A stretch of DNA of 64,000 nt from an uncultured Cellvibrionales bacterium (GTDB taxonomy: Bacteria > Pseudomonadota > Gammaproteobacteria > Pseudomonadales > Cellvibrionaceae): assembly GCA_913020115.1 (NCBI GenBank), contig CAJWBQ010000009.1, forward strand, positions 38,184 to 102,183, given 5' to 3'. Of this stretch, positions 28,888-39,093 are shown piece by piece. The position numbers and the translations under genes are program-made. The notes beneath the pieces are model-generated. The model had not been told where the DNA came from, did no database searches, and saw only the letters and a list, made by a program, of their open reading frames with translations. The first letter of the stretch is position 1. Each line of letters begins with the position of its first letter.

Positions 28888-30975
28888 GTGAATCCAAACG
28901 ATACGATTAGACTACTCATTCTCAACGACTCTCGCGACGAAGCCGAGCGGCTCATCAGCATGCTCCGCAATGCTGGGCGACCTAGCCGTGCAAAACACAT
29001 TGAGAGTGAAGAGGGTCTCGCGAAATTGCTGCAGGAACAAACATGGGATCTCTTAATCGCCCACGATAAAACCAGCAATATAGAGCCGTCCGCCGCCATT
29101 CGACAAATAAAACGTCTCGACAAAGACGTGCCGGTTATCCTCCTCTCTGACGAACCTGGCACTCACACTGTGGTAGAGGGTTTAAAGCTAGGCGCCTGCG
29201 ACGTGGTTACTGTAGATGAAGATCAGCATCTTCTGTTTGTTATACAGCGAGAACTGGAAAACAGAGAGAATCGCAAGCGCCGCCACCACTCCGATCGTAA
29301 ATTGCGTGAAGCCGAACGCCGCAGCCAAGGCTTGCTCGACAGCTCAAAAAACGCCATCGCCTATTTGCAGGACGGCATGTTTTTGTACGCCAACGAATCC
29401 TTTGGCAGCCTTTTTGAATACCAAGACAAAGATGACATAGAGTGTATGACTCTAGTTGATCTGGTGGCACCCGACAGCCAAAACGATGTAAAAGCGTTTT
29501 TAAAAGACTTCACCCTAAAAGGGGGCGAAGGCGAAAACACTGAACTTAAATTTAAAGGCTTCACGGAAAATCAAACTGAAGTTGACGTAAATGTTGAGGT
29601 GACGCTCGCTCAATACGACGATGAAGTATGTATCCAGCTCTTGTCACGAGGCAACTTTGCAACAAACTCAAGCGCCCCTCTAACCCAAAGTAGCGCGGTC
29701 ACAGAAAAGGACTCTGCAACGGGCCTTCCCAGTCGCCAACAGCTATTGCTCGCCCTTGAAGACCTGATTAACAGTGACGCCATTGACAACCAAAACAGCA
29801 GTTTGCTGTACATAAAATTTGATCGATTGTACGAAAATGTACAAGCTAAGATGGGCATTTCCGGCACCGATCAAGTTTTGGCGAATATCGCAACTTTAAT
29901 TTCTGATACTTGCAGCGCCGATGAATACCTCGCACGCTTTGCGGATGACGCATTTATTCTGCTCGCAAAAAATATTAGTGGTGATCAAGCTTTAACCCGA
30001 GCTTCATACATTGCGGCTTTGATCGAAAACCATATCATTGATATCAGTGGTAAAACCACTCAGGTCACGGCAAGCATTGGCATTTCAATCATGAACGAAA
30101 GTGCGAAGAACGCACACACCATTATCGACCAGAGTATTGTCGCGGTGGCCGAGCTTGGTGACACCGGCGATAATGCAAAAGTGTACGAAGCCCCAATAAT
30201 CGAGACCGCACCCGAAGATCGAGACCTAGACGAACTAGTTCAGTCGGCCTTTGACGAGCAGCGTTTCAACTTATTGTTTCAACCCATCATCAGCTTGCGC
30301 GGTTCTGACGAGGAGCATTACGAAGTACTCATCCGTATGCGCGACAACAACAATGAACAAGTTGAACCTAAAGAATTCTTGAATATAGCAGAGCACAATA
30401 AGATCATTGGCAAGATAGATCGCTGGGTTGTTCTGGAATCTATCAAGGTGCTGTCCCAGCATCGCGCAAAGGGCAACCATACTCGATTGATCATCAATAT
30501 AAGCTCTCACTCACTGTGCGATAAAGAATTTTTACCTTGGCTCGCCGTTGCGTTTAAAGCCGCAGAGTTGTCTGGTAACGCCGCGCTATTCCAAATCACC
30601 GAAATCGATACCACTAACCATATGACCGCGGCAAAAGCATTTGCTGAGGGTTTACAGGCAATTGGCAGCGGTTTAGCTCTAAGCCATTTTGGTTGTTCCT
30701 TAAACCCCTTCAATACTTTAAAGCACGTCGACGCCAGCTATGTGAAAGTAGACGGTTCATTTACCCTCGACATTCAAAACAATGATGAATCGCCAGAAAC
30801 ACTGTCAAATTTGGTGAAAGAGCTGCATCAGCAGAGTAAAGTGACCATTGTGCCATTTGTTGAGAACGCGAGTGTACTGTCCACCTTGTGGCAGGCCGGG
30901 GTTCACTACATTCAAGGGCATTACTTACAGGCACCCACCACGTCCATGGACTACGACTTCGGGATGGACAATTAG
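28888..30975 (+). CDS. fimX: FimX-like REC-PAS-GGDEF(degenerate)-EAL(degenerate) c-di-GMP signalling protein
   Basis: GTG start. The N-terminus IRLLILNDSRDEAERLISMLRNAG closely resembles P. aeruginosa FimX as I recall it. The GGDEF position reads ADDAF (29941-29955). The EAL position reads EVL (30322-30330). DDFG is replaced by SHFG. 695 aa. It is adjacent to serB, as I recall for Pseudomonas. Confidence 0.8.
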   Translation: MNPNDTIRLLILNDSRDEAERLISMLRNAGRPSRAKHIESEEGLAKLLQEQTWDLLIAHDKTSNIEPSAAIRQIKRLDKDVPVILLSDEPGTHTVVEGLKLGACDVVTVDEDQHLLFVIQRELENRENRKRRHHSDRKLREAERRSQGLLDSSKNAIAYLQDGMFLYANESFGSLFEYQDKDDIECMTLVDLVAPDSQNDVKAFLKDFTLKGGEGENTELKFKGFTENQTEVDVNVEVTLAQYDDEVCIQLLSRGNFATNSSAPLTQSSAVTEKDSATGLPSRQQLLLALEDLINSDAIDNQNSSLLYIKFDRLYENVQAKMGISGTDQVLANIATLISDTCSADEYLARFADDAFILLAKNISGDQALTRASYIAALIENHIIDISGKTTQVTASIGISIMNESAKNAHTIIDQSIVAVAELGDTGDNAKVYEAPIIETAPEDRDLDELVQSAFDEQRFNLLFQPIISLRGSDEEHYEVLIRMRDNNNEQVEPKEFLNIAEHNKIIGKIDRWVVLESIKVLSQHRAKGNHTRLIINISSHSLCDKEFLPWLAVAFKAAELSGNAALFQITEIDTTNHMTAAKAFAEGLQAIGSGLALSHFGCSLNPFNTLKHVDASYVKVDGSFTLDIQNNDESPETLSNLVKELHQQSKVTIVPFVENASVLSTLWQAGVHYIQGHYLQAPTTSMDYDFGMDN

Positions 30976-30996
30976 AAGCTGCCTGCCTTCGGCCCA

Positions 30997-32220
30997 CTAG
31001 CTTCCATATTCATCACGATCGCGGAAGCCAATCAAATACAAAACGGCGTCTAAACCCAGGGTCGAAATCGCTTGCTTGGCGGAAGCCTGCACCAAAGGTT
31101 TGGCGCGAAAGGCAATTCCCAAGCCTGCAATACTCAACATGGGCAGATCGTTTGCGCCGTCGCCTATGGCAATCACCTGCTCCAAAGAAATATCTTCTGC
31201 CGCGGCCAGTTCCCGTAACAATTCAGCCTTGCGTGCGCCATCAACAACGGTTCCAGTCACTCGACCTGTAACTTTGCCATCTTCTATTTCCAAATCATTG
31301 GCATAGACATAATCTAAGCCCAACTTATCTTGTAAATATCTCCCAAAATAATTAAACCCACCGGACAAGATGGCGGTTTTATAGCCTAACATCTTAAGTG
31401 TACTGACGAGGCGCTCGGCACCTTCTGTAATGGGCAGCTGTGCTGCCACGCGCTCTAACACCGACTCATCAAGGCCTTTAAGCAAAGCCATACGCTGGAC
31501 AAAACTCTCGGTGAAATCCAGCTCGCCGCGCATGGCTGCTTCTGTGATAGCACTCACTTGATCGCCGACGCCCGCCGCCTTGGCCAACTCATCAATTACT
31601 TCAGCTTCAATCAAAGTCGAGTCCATATCAAAACACACCAATCGGCGGTTGCGACGATAGAGATTATCTTCCTGACAGGCGATATCAGCATCAAGGCGAG
31701 ACGACAATTCCATGAAGTCTGAATGCAGTGCTTGTAAATCGGCCGATTCACCTCGTACTGAAAATTCAACACAGGCTTTGGTTTGTTTATCGAAATCGTC
31801 TAGGGAAATTCGCCCCGATAAGCGGGTGATTTTGTCGATGTTTAAATTGTGCCGTGCGGCCACAGCGGTAACTTCCGAAATTTGTGTGGCGGTAACAGTA
31901 CGAGACAACAAGGTCACGATGTGTCGAGCTTTGCCCTGCTGTGTTACCCAGCGCTGGTAATCTTCCTCAGCAATAGGCAGGAACTTAACCCGCATGCCTA
32001 ATTCATGGATTTTAAACAAAATATCCTTGAGCACAGGAGACGATTCAAACACTTCTGGAATTTCTACCAGTATGCCCAGTGTCAGCGAATTGTGTATTAC
32101 CGCTTGGCCAATATCGAGAATGTTAGCCTGATATTGGGCAAGAATTGAAGTTACAGCGGAAGTGACACCGGGTTTGTCGGCGCCACCAATATTGATTAAC
32201 AGAATCTCTCTCACATTCAC
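30997..32220 (-). CDS. serB: phosphoserine phosphatase SerB (with N-terminal ACT-like domains)
   Basis: HAD motifs (CFDMDSTLI, SGGF, GDGANDLPM) preceded by about 190 aa of ACT-like regulatory region. Confidence 0.9.
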   Translation of the reverse strand: MNVREILLINIGGADKPGVTSAVTSILAQYQANILDIGQAVIHNSLTLGILVEIPEVFESSPVLKDILFKIHELGMRVKFLPIAEEDYQRWVTQQGKARHIVTLLSRTVTATQISEVTAVAARHNLNIDKITRLSGRISLDDFDKQTKACVEFSVRGESADLQALHSDFMELSSRLDADIACQEDNLYRRNRRLVCFDMDSTLIEAEVIDELAKAAGVGDQVSAITEAAMRGELDFTESFVQRMALLKGLDESVLERVAAQLPITEGAERLVSTLKMLGYKTAILSGGFNYFGRYLQDKLGLDYVYANDLEIEDGKVTGRVTGTVVDGARKAELLRELAAAEDISLEQVIAIGDGANDLPMLSIAGLGIAFRAKPLVQASAKQAISTLGLDAVLYLIGFRDRDEYGS

Positions 32221-32343
32221 TCGCTCTAATTAATTCTAATTCCGCATTATAGCGCCACTGGGGATACCAATCTTTACGTTTTCAGCTAAAATGCCTGCTC
32301 AGTCATCACCAATGACCTACCGAATAACAATAATGTGACCTGA

Positions 32344-33522
32344 ATGCCCCTAAGCCGACAAATTGCTGCGCTACCCTCGTCTCAAGTATTAAGCCTATTA
32401 CTGGCCGCCGCCGTGAGTGCCGCCATTTTAATGTGTGCGATCCTGTTTCACCAGCACGACCTCAAGAAACAAGAGAATTACAGCCGCCAATATGGTCAGG
32501 CCATGGCCAACCTCGCCGCTAGACAGGCCGTAGACGCCACCCTTAATCACGACTTAGTGAGCCTGCAGGTCTTACTCTCCGACATTGCCGATAACGGCCG
32601 TGTTATTGGCGCAACAATCCACAATGTCGAGAATCAATTGCTCGTGCAAGGTGGACACAGCCCCACCAAAACCCCTGTTCCTCGTGAATTAAGGCGCAGT
32701 TATACTTCGGTAATTGCTCTACACGACAGCGTTGCCGGATACGTCACGGTTACGCTTTCTTTACAGCCACAAAATCTCGCAAGGCAACATTTACTCTGGC
32801 AATTTTTGTGGTGTAGCCTGTCACTCACCCTTCTACTGTGCTTGATGGCGCTATTGAATGAGCGGATGAAAAAACGAGCTAATGCACAACAGCGAGAAGA
32901 AGAGGGCGACGAGGAAGAATACCTAACCGAAGCGGTACCTATTGTTCAACACCTCCAAGTGATTGATCAGAAGGTAAAAAAGCCCACTGAAATCCACCCT
33001 TTACCTGAACTCGGCATTTCCTTATGCCTAAAAATTCACAATATAGAAACCCTCAGCCGACAGCTAAACAAGCACAGTTTTAACAGCGTACTGGATACAT
33101 TTGAACAACAGATACACAGCGTGGTTCGCCTTTATAAGCCTGAGCGACTTCCCGGTAAATCCGACGAAGTGGAACTTTGTTTTAAGGGCGACAACTTGGC
33201 TGAAATCGGTTTCAACGCTCTGTGCTGCGCGCAACTTCTGCTATCACTGAGCATGAACAAAAGTGGGCCGACACTAAAACTCGGCGCCCAAGTTTCACCT
33301 CACGACGACTCAGTCAATTTGAAAAACCGATTTGAGCGGCAGCACGCCAGCGAGGCCTTACCGCGGCAAGTACTCATTCATCCTTCATTACTCAGTGAAG
33401 AGCTCCTGAACCGAATTGAGATTGCCCAAGACGAACACACCATCGACGCGCGGCTAGTGCAAATAGCAGCGCCGTACGGTGAGTTAATTGAAAAGCAAGT
33501 ACAACAACTCGCAGAACTCTAA
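32344..33522 (+). CDS. membrane protein, AhpA/YtjB(Smp)-like N-terminus with additional C-terminal domain
   Basis: Two TM segments flank a periplasmic-looking region. Its position next to serB mirrors E. coli smp-serB. The family call is from memory and weak. The C-terminal ~190 aa are unassigned. Confidence 0.45.
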   Translation: MPLSRQIAALPSSQVLSLLLAAAVSAAILMCAILFHQHDLKKQENYSRQYGQAMANLAARQAVDATLNHDLVSLQVLLSDIADNGRVIGATIHNVENQLLVQGGHSPTKTPVPRELRRSYTSVIALHDSVAGYVTVTLSLQPQNLARQHLLWQFLWCSLSLTLLLCLMALLNERMKKRANAQQREEEGDEEEYLTEAVPIVQHLQVIDQKVKKPTEIHPLPELGISLCLKIHNIETLSRQLNKHSFNSVLDTFEQQIHSVVRLYKPERLPGKSDEVELCFKGDNLAEIGFNALCCAQLLLSLSMNKSGPTLKLGAQVSPHDDSVNLKNRFERQHASEALPRQVLIHPSLLSEELLNRIEIAQDEHTIDARLVQIAAPYGELIEKQVQQLAEL

Positions 33523-33731
33523 CCCCCCCACCGCTCTTCATTGCAGCCAGCATATCTAGTGCCTATTACTGAATCTGAGATCAGGAAGACCTCATATATC
33601 TTAATACACTGAAAACACCACCGTCGGCCACCGCTTCACCGAGACTAGCGAACTCAGTCAATTTTTAATGGCAAAGAATTTTTTATTGCCTAAGATTAAG
33701 CTAGAGCAACAAACAACAAGGACGTTTGAGA

Positions 33732-35741
33732 ATGCCTGCCACCCAGTTAAATGACTTCCCCAGCCTCAGTCATTGTAAAAAAATTGAGAAAAGCCTCGCG
33801 ATTGGCCTATGGAGCTACGACTTAAATTCGGAAGAATTGGAATGGAGCGACGTAACTAGGGAGATACACGAGGTAGACGAACATTATCAAGCCACTCTCA
33901 ATGACGCGATCGAATTTTATTCTGACATTGAACCGGGAAAATTAGCCATAAGCGAAGTACTCAAGCGAGGCATCAGCAGCGGTGAGTCCTGGGACCTTGA
34001 ATGCCGACTAACAACCGCTAAGGGTCGAGCTATATGGGTGCGCACTATTGGCCATTCAGTGACAAATGACGCTGGTGAAGTCATTAGATTTGAAGGCGCC
34101 ATACAAGACATCACAAACCCTCGAGAGGTGAACGAAGACGCTAATCGAGCTCGGAAAGAATTGGAGTATCAAACCTACGCCCTCAACAATCACGCTATTG
34201 TGAGTATTGGCGACCTGGAAGGAAAAATTCTTTACGCCAATGAAAATTTCTGCCGCATATCTGGCTATACCAGCGACGAACTTCAGCAACACAACCACAG
34301 TATTGTTAACTCGAGAACCCATACTAAAGATTTTTGGTTGGACTTCTGGAACACCATATCTTCCGGCCAAGTCTATCGTGGAGAAATGTGCAATAGAGCA
34401 AAAAATGGAGCACTTTATTGGGTGAATTCTACGGTAGTGCCACACATTAACAGTGAGGGTGAGATCGATCGCTATGTTGCCATTCGCACCGATGTCACAG
34501 AAAAGAAAGCTGTCGAAGAGAAGCGTCAGGAACTGGAAAAAAGCCTCTATATGATGCAAAAAATGGAAACAATCGGCCAATTTGTTGGTGGCATCGCTCA
34601 CGATTTTAACAACATACTCGCAGTGACCATTGGCTACTCCCAGCTCTTGAGCATGGACCTCGAGGACAGCGACGATGACGACATGAAATTCAACATTTAC
34701 CAAATTGAATCGTCAGGCCATCGCGCCAAAGATCTCGTTAAAAAACTGCTGGCTTTTGCCCGAGGCAGCACAGAAGACTCTCAGAAATTTTCCGCAAGTG
34801 AACATGTCAGCCAGTTTTTAGACACTATACGGCCCATTATCCCCACCTCTGTCGGCATCAGCATCCAAACTTCAGAAGACCCTCTACCCATACAATTCAA
34901 CAAGACCGGGCTAGACCAAATTTTAATGAACCTGTGCATCAATGCCCGTGATGCTCTACCTAACGGCGGCCATATATGCATTGCTGCCAACCGTACCCGC
35001 ATCCATCAACAGCGCTGCGCCTCTTGCTTCAGTGAGTTTTCGGGGGAATATGTAAACATACAAGTGCGCGATACAGGCACCGGTTTGGAAGCCGCATCCA
35101 TCGCCAAGCTCTTTGAACCTTTTTTCAGCACAAAAGAGGTGGGCAAGGGAAGTGGTATGGGCTTAAGTGTTGTACATGGACTCACTCACGGCGTGGGCGG
35201 ACATATAACCTTGGAATCAGACAATCAAGGTACCAACTTCAGCATACTACTGCCTATTGTTGGCCAGCCTGAGAGCCGGCAACAACTTGATATACCTCAT
35301 ATCAAAAGCGATTTTGGCGAACTGTCTTTTATCGTTGTGGATGATGAAGTGGCCATTGCAAACATGATTAAATCGATGCTCAAACGGAGCGGCGCATCCG
35401 TTTTACAATACACAGACAGTAAAACCTTGCTCGAAGATCTTTACACCAGCAAGGTGTCAGCCGACATCCTCATTACAGATCTGACCATGCCTAGAGTCAC
35501 CGGTATAGAACTCTGTCACGCGGCAAAGAAATACAATCCGCAAATTAAAGTGATTGCCATGTCTGGCTATAGCGATCGCGTCAGCGAGACTAATTTTCAC
35601 CGCTATGGCTTTGACAGCTTCATTGCCAAGCCTGTTGAAATATCCAAGCTGGAGGACAGAATAACTCAAGTCACCAGCAACAAAATAGTAACCAGAGACA
35701 CCCAAGTTAATCGCTTAACAGGAACAACAAGCCGGCCTTAA
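33732..35741 (+). CDS. hybrid sensor histidine kinase (PAS-PAS-HisKA-HATPase-REC)
   Basis: H-box GGIAHDFNNIL, N/G boxes (MNLCINARDA, DTGTGL, GKGSGMGLS), and a C-terminal receiver (VVDDE...ILITDLTMP). ATG at 33732; the track starts at a TTG at 33726. Confidence 0.85.
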   Translation: MPATQLNDFPSLSHCKKIEKSLAIGLWSYDLNSEELEWSDVTREIHEVDEHYQATLNDAIEFYSDIEPGKLAISEVLKRGISSGESWDLECRLTTAKGRAIWVRTIGHSVTNDAGEVIRFEGAIQDITNPREVNEDANRARKELEYQTYALNNHAIVSIGDLEGKILYANENFCRISGYTSDELQQHNHSIVNSRTHTKDFWLDFWNTISSGQVYRGEMCNRAKNGALYWVNSTVVPHINSEGEIDRYVAIRTDVTEKKAVEEKRQELEKSLYMMQKMETIGQFVGGIAHDFNNILAVTIGYSQLLSMDLEDSDDDDMKFNIYQIESSGHRAKDLVKKLLAFARGSTEDSQKFSASEHVSQFLDTIRPIIPTSVGISIQTSEDPLPIQFNKTGLDQILMNLCINARDALPNGGHICIAANRTRIHQQRCASCFSEFSGEYVNIQVRDTGTGLEAASIAKLFEPFFSTKEVGKGSGMGLSVVHGLTHGVGGHITLESDNQGTNFSILLPIVGQPESRQQLDIPHIKSDFGELSFIVVDDEVAIANMIKSMLKRSGASVLQYTDSKTLLEDLYTSKVSADILITDLTMPRVTGIELCHAAKKYNPQIKVIAMSGYSDRVSETNFHRYGFDSFIAKPVEISKLEDRITQVTSNKIVTRDTQVNRLTGTTSRP

Positions 35742-35830
35742 TAGTCACTAGGCATGAGGGTAGCGAATCATCGCCCTACCCCCACAACTCCATATTTGGC
35801 CACCCTCTTAGACACTTCCTCCGCACCTTA

Positions 35831-35850
35831 CCTTTACGTTAACGTAAAGG
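35831..35850. promoter_or_regulatory. 20-bp perfect palindrome, LiuR (MerR-type) operator/promoter candidate
   Basis: CCTTTACGTTAACGTAAAGG is its own reverse complement. It overlaps a plausible promoter: TTTACG, 17-nt spacer, TAAAGT. It lies about 45 nt upstream of liuR. Confidence 0.55.
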
Positions 35851-35892
35851 GCTGCTAAAGTACCACTTCTGGAACGTAACCGAGCCAAAGCT

Positions 35893-36282
35893 ATGCCGCA
35901 AACCTACACCATTACAGACCTGTCTCGGGAATTCGACATCACTACCCGCACCATTCGCTTTTATGAAGACAAAAATCTACTTACCCCTGAGCGACAAGGT
36001 CAGGCACGGATATATTCCAGCGCCGATCGGACCACATTAAAGCTCATTCTGCGCGGAAAACGACTAGGCTTCACTTTAGATGAAAGCCGCGAAATTATTC
36101 AGCTGTATACACCCAGCAATGATAACCGTGAGCAGCTGCAGAAGCTCATTAGTAAAATACACGAGCGCCGAGCACTACTTGAACAACAGCAAGAAGACAT
36201 TGAAATCATGCTGCTAGACTTACAAGCCTCTGAAGAGCGCTGCAATGAATCATTACTACTATTAGACGAGAATCGACTATGA
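35893..36282 (+). CDS. liuR: MerR family transcriptional regulator LiuR
   Basis: N-terminal MerR HTH ([26 protein letters not shown]). It is the first gene of the liu operon. Confidence 0.85.
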   Translation: MPQTYTITDLSREFDITTRTIRFYEDKNLLTPERQGQARIYSSADRTTLKLILRGKRLGFTLDESREIIQLYTPSNDNREQLQKLISKIHERRALLEQQQEDIEIMLLDLQASEERCNESLLLLDENRL

Positions 36283-37448
36283 ATACTGCATACCCAACAC
36301 TCAATTTCGACCTCGGCCAAGACATAGACATGCTCCGAGACGCCGTATATCAATTTGCTCAGGCCGAAATAGCGCCCCGTGCCGCCGATATTGACCAAAA
36401 TAACGAATTTCCGATGGACCTTTGGAAAAAATTGGGCGATATGGGTTTGTTGGGAATGACAGTGGCCGAAGAGTATGGCGGCACCGATATGGGCTATCTT
36501 GCCCACGTAGTGGCCATGGAAGAAGTCTCTCGCGCCTCAGCGTCTGTGGGCCTCTCATATGGCGCTCACTCCAACCTTTGCGTTAATCAAATTCACAAAA
36601 ATGGCAGCCACGAGCAGAAACAGAAATACCTGCCCAAATTGTGCAGCGGCGAACACATAGGCGCCCTTGCCATGTCTGAACCCAACGCGGGTTCTGATGT
36701 TGTGAGCATGAAATTACACGCGCGCCTCGACGGAGACCACTACATTTTAAACGGAAATAAAATGTGGATAACCAACGGCCCTGACGCCAACACCTACGTT
36801 ATCTATGCCAAAACCCAGCCAGAAAAAGGCGCTTGGGGCATGACCGCATTCATCGTCGAGCGAGATTTCCCTGGTTTCTCTCGTCATCAAAAACTCGACA
36901 AATTGGGCATGCGTGGTTCCAATACTTGCGAATTAGTATTTCAGGATTGCCCTGTGCCCGTGGAAAATATCCTCGGTGGAGAAGGCCAAGGCGTAAAAGT
37001 ATTAATGAGCGGTTTGGACTACGAGCGCACGGTATTATCGGGCGGCCCTATCGGTATTATGCAAGCGTGTATGGACATTGTGGTGCCCTATATTCACGAG
37101 CGAAAACAATTTGGTCAAAGCATTGGTGAATTTCAATTGATGCAGGGAAAAATTGCCGACATGTACGTAGACATGAACGCTTCCCGAGCCTATCTCTACG
37201 CAGTCGCGAAGGCTTGCGACCGAGGCGAAGAAAGTCGTAAAGACGCCGCGGCAGTAATTCTCTACACCGCAGAGCGCGCCACACAAATGGCTCTACAGGC
37301 AATTCAAACTCTGGGCGGAAATGGCTACACCAATGAATACCCATGCGGCCGATTGCTACGCGATGCCAAACTTTATGAAATTGGTGCCGGCACTTCGGAA
37401 GTAAGACGTATGCTCATCGGTCGTGAATTATTTAAAGAAACACTGTAA
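36279..37448 (+). CDS. liuA: isovaleryl-CoA dehydrogenase
   Basis: 389-aa ACAD ([25 protein letters not shown]) in the liu gene order. Confidence 0.95.
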   Translation: MNTAYPTLNFDLGQDIDMLRDAVYQFAQAEIAPRAADIDQNNEFPMDLWKKLGDMGLLGMTVAEEYGGTDMGYLAHVVAMEEVSRASASVGLSYGAHSNLCVNQIHKNGSHEQKQKYLPKLCSGEHIGALAMSEPNAGSDVVSMKLHARLDGDHYILNGNKMWITNGPDANTYVIYAKTQPEKGAWGMTAFIVERDFPGFSRHQKLDKLGMRGSNTCELVFQDCPVPVENILGGEGQGVKVLMSGLDYERTVLSGGPIGIMQACMDIVVPYIHERKQFGQSIGEFQLMQGKIADMYVDMNASRAYLYAVAKACDRGEESRKDAAAVILYTAERATQMALQAIQTLGGNGYTNEYPCGRLLRDAKLYEIGAGTSEVRRMLIGRELFKETL

Positions 37449-37485
37449 AGCACTGTATAAAAAAAATCACTCAGCAGGCCTCACT

Positions 37486-39093
37486 ATGGCGATTATAAAA
37501 TCCAAGATTAATACTCGTGATGATGCGTTTTCCGGCAATCGCGAGCACATGCAGATTCAAGTTGATGACCTCCATCATAAACTTGAAATCATTAAAATGG
37601 GTGGCGGAGAAGGCTCGCAGCAGCGGCACTTAGCCCGTGGAAAGCTTTTGCCGAGAGAGCGTGTTAACGCGCTGCTCGACCCCGGCTCAGCCTTTTTAGA
37701 ACTGTCACAACTAGCCGCCTGGGAAGTGTACGGCGAGGACGTCGCAGCGGCCGGCATTATCACTGGAATTGGTCGCGTTGCTGGACAGGAATGCATGATT
37801 GTCGCCAACGATGCAACGGTAAAAGGTGGAAGCTACTACCCTTTAACCGTGAAAAAACATTTGCGGGCTCAAGCTATCGCCCAAGAAAACAATTTGCCGT
37901 GCATTTATCTCGTGGACTCCGGCGGCGCCAACTTGCCACGCCAAGACGAAGTTTTCCCAGATCGCGAACACTTTGGTCGAATATTTTTCAATCAAGCCAA
38001 TATGTCGAGCGAAGGCATTGCCCAAATTGCGGTCGTTATGGGTTCTTGTACTGCCGGCGGCGCCTACGTGCCCGCAATGGCCGATGAATCTATTATTGTC
38101 AAAGAGCAAGGCACCATTTTTCTCGGTGGCCCTCCCCTAGTAAAAGCCGCGACAGGCGAAGTGGTGAGTGCAGAAGACCTGGGCGGCGCCGACGTCCACT
38201 GCAGAACCTCGGGGGTTTCTGATCACTATGCTCAAAACGATCACCACGCACTCGAGTTGGCCCGCAGCAGTGTAAGCCGTCTCAATCGTAGAAAAAATCC
38301 TAACTGCGATGTCCAGGCCTCGCAAGAACCACTGTATGACAGCCGCGAGATTTATGGAATTATTCCTAAAGATTCTCGCCAACCCTACGACGTTCGAGAA
38401 ATTATCGCCCGCGTCGTAGACGGTTCAGACTTCGATGAATTCAAAGCGCTCTATGGCACCACTTTAGTCTGTGGCTTTGCGCGAATCTTCGGTTATCCCG
38501 TCGGTATTGTTGCAAACAACGGCATTCTTTTTGGTGAGTCTGCGCAAAAAGGAGCGCACTTTGTTGAGCTTTGTGCACAGAGAAAAATACCATTAGTATT
38601 CCTGCAAAACATCACCGGCTTTATGGTTGGCAAACAATATGAGGCCGACGGCATAGCTAAACACGGCGCAAAAATGGTGACTGCGGTAGCCTGCGCTCAG
38701 GTTCCTAAACTCACCGTGCTAATTGGCGGATCATTTGGCGCCGGAAATTACGGCATGTGTGGCCGCGCTTACGACCCGCGCTTTTTATTCATGTGGCCCA
38801 ACGCCCGCATTTCCGTTATGGGTGGCGAGCAGGCCGCCGGAGTTTTGGCCCAGGTGAAGCGTGATCAATATGATAAGAAAGGCGAAGATTGGAGTGCCGA
38901 AGATGAGGCCTCCTTCAAGCAACCAGTGATCGATACCTACGAAAAACAAGGTCACCCCTACTTCGCCTCGGCTCGTCTTTGGGATGACGGCGTGATTGAC
39001 CCAGCAGAAACTCGCATGGTGCTTGGTCTGTCTCTCTCAGCCGCGCTCAACAAACCAATTGCCGATACACGCTTTGGCGTGTTCAGGATGTAA
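37486..39093 (+). CDS. liuB: methylcrotonyl-CoA carboxylase carboxyltransferase (beta) subunit
   Basis: Start trimmed to the ATG at 37486 ([13 protein letters not shown]). 535-aa carboxyltransferase domain. Confidence 0.95.
   Translation: MAIIKSKINTRDDAFSGNREHMQIQVDDLHHKLEIIKMGGGEGSQQRHLARGKLLPRERVNALLDPGSAFLELSQLAAWEVYGEDVAAAGIITGIGRVAGQECMIVANDATVKGGSYYPLTVKKHLRAQAIAQENNLPCIYLVDSGGANLPRQDEVFPDREHFGRIFFNQANMSSEGIAQIAVVMGSCTAGGAYVPAMADESIIVKEQGTIFLGGPPLVKAATGEVVSAEDLGGADVHCRTSGVSDHYAQNDHHALELARSSVSRLNRRKNPNCDVQASQEPLYDSREIYGIIPKDSRQPYDVREIIARVVDGSDFDEFKALYGTTLVCGFARIFGYPVGIVANNGILFGESAQKGAHFVELCAQRKIPLVFLQNITGFMVGKQYEADGIAKHGAKMVTAVACAQVPKLTVLIGGSFGAGNYGMCGRAYDPRFLFMWPNARISVMGGEQAAGVLAQVKRDQYDKKGEDWSAEDEASFKQPVIDTYEKQGHPYFASARLWDDGVIDPAETRMVLGLSLSAALNKPIADTRFGVFRM

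Noticed and set aside
34056-34703. 215-aa minus-strand ORF inside the hybrid histidine kinase gene
   Set aside because: It is fully antisense to a well-supported PAS/HisKA coding region. There are no recognisable motifs, and the composition is typical of an antisense frame.
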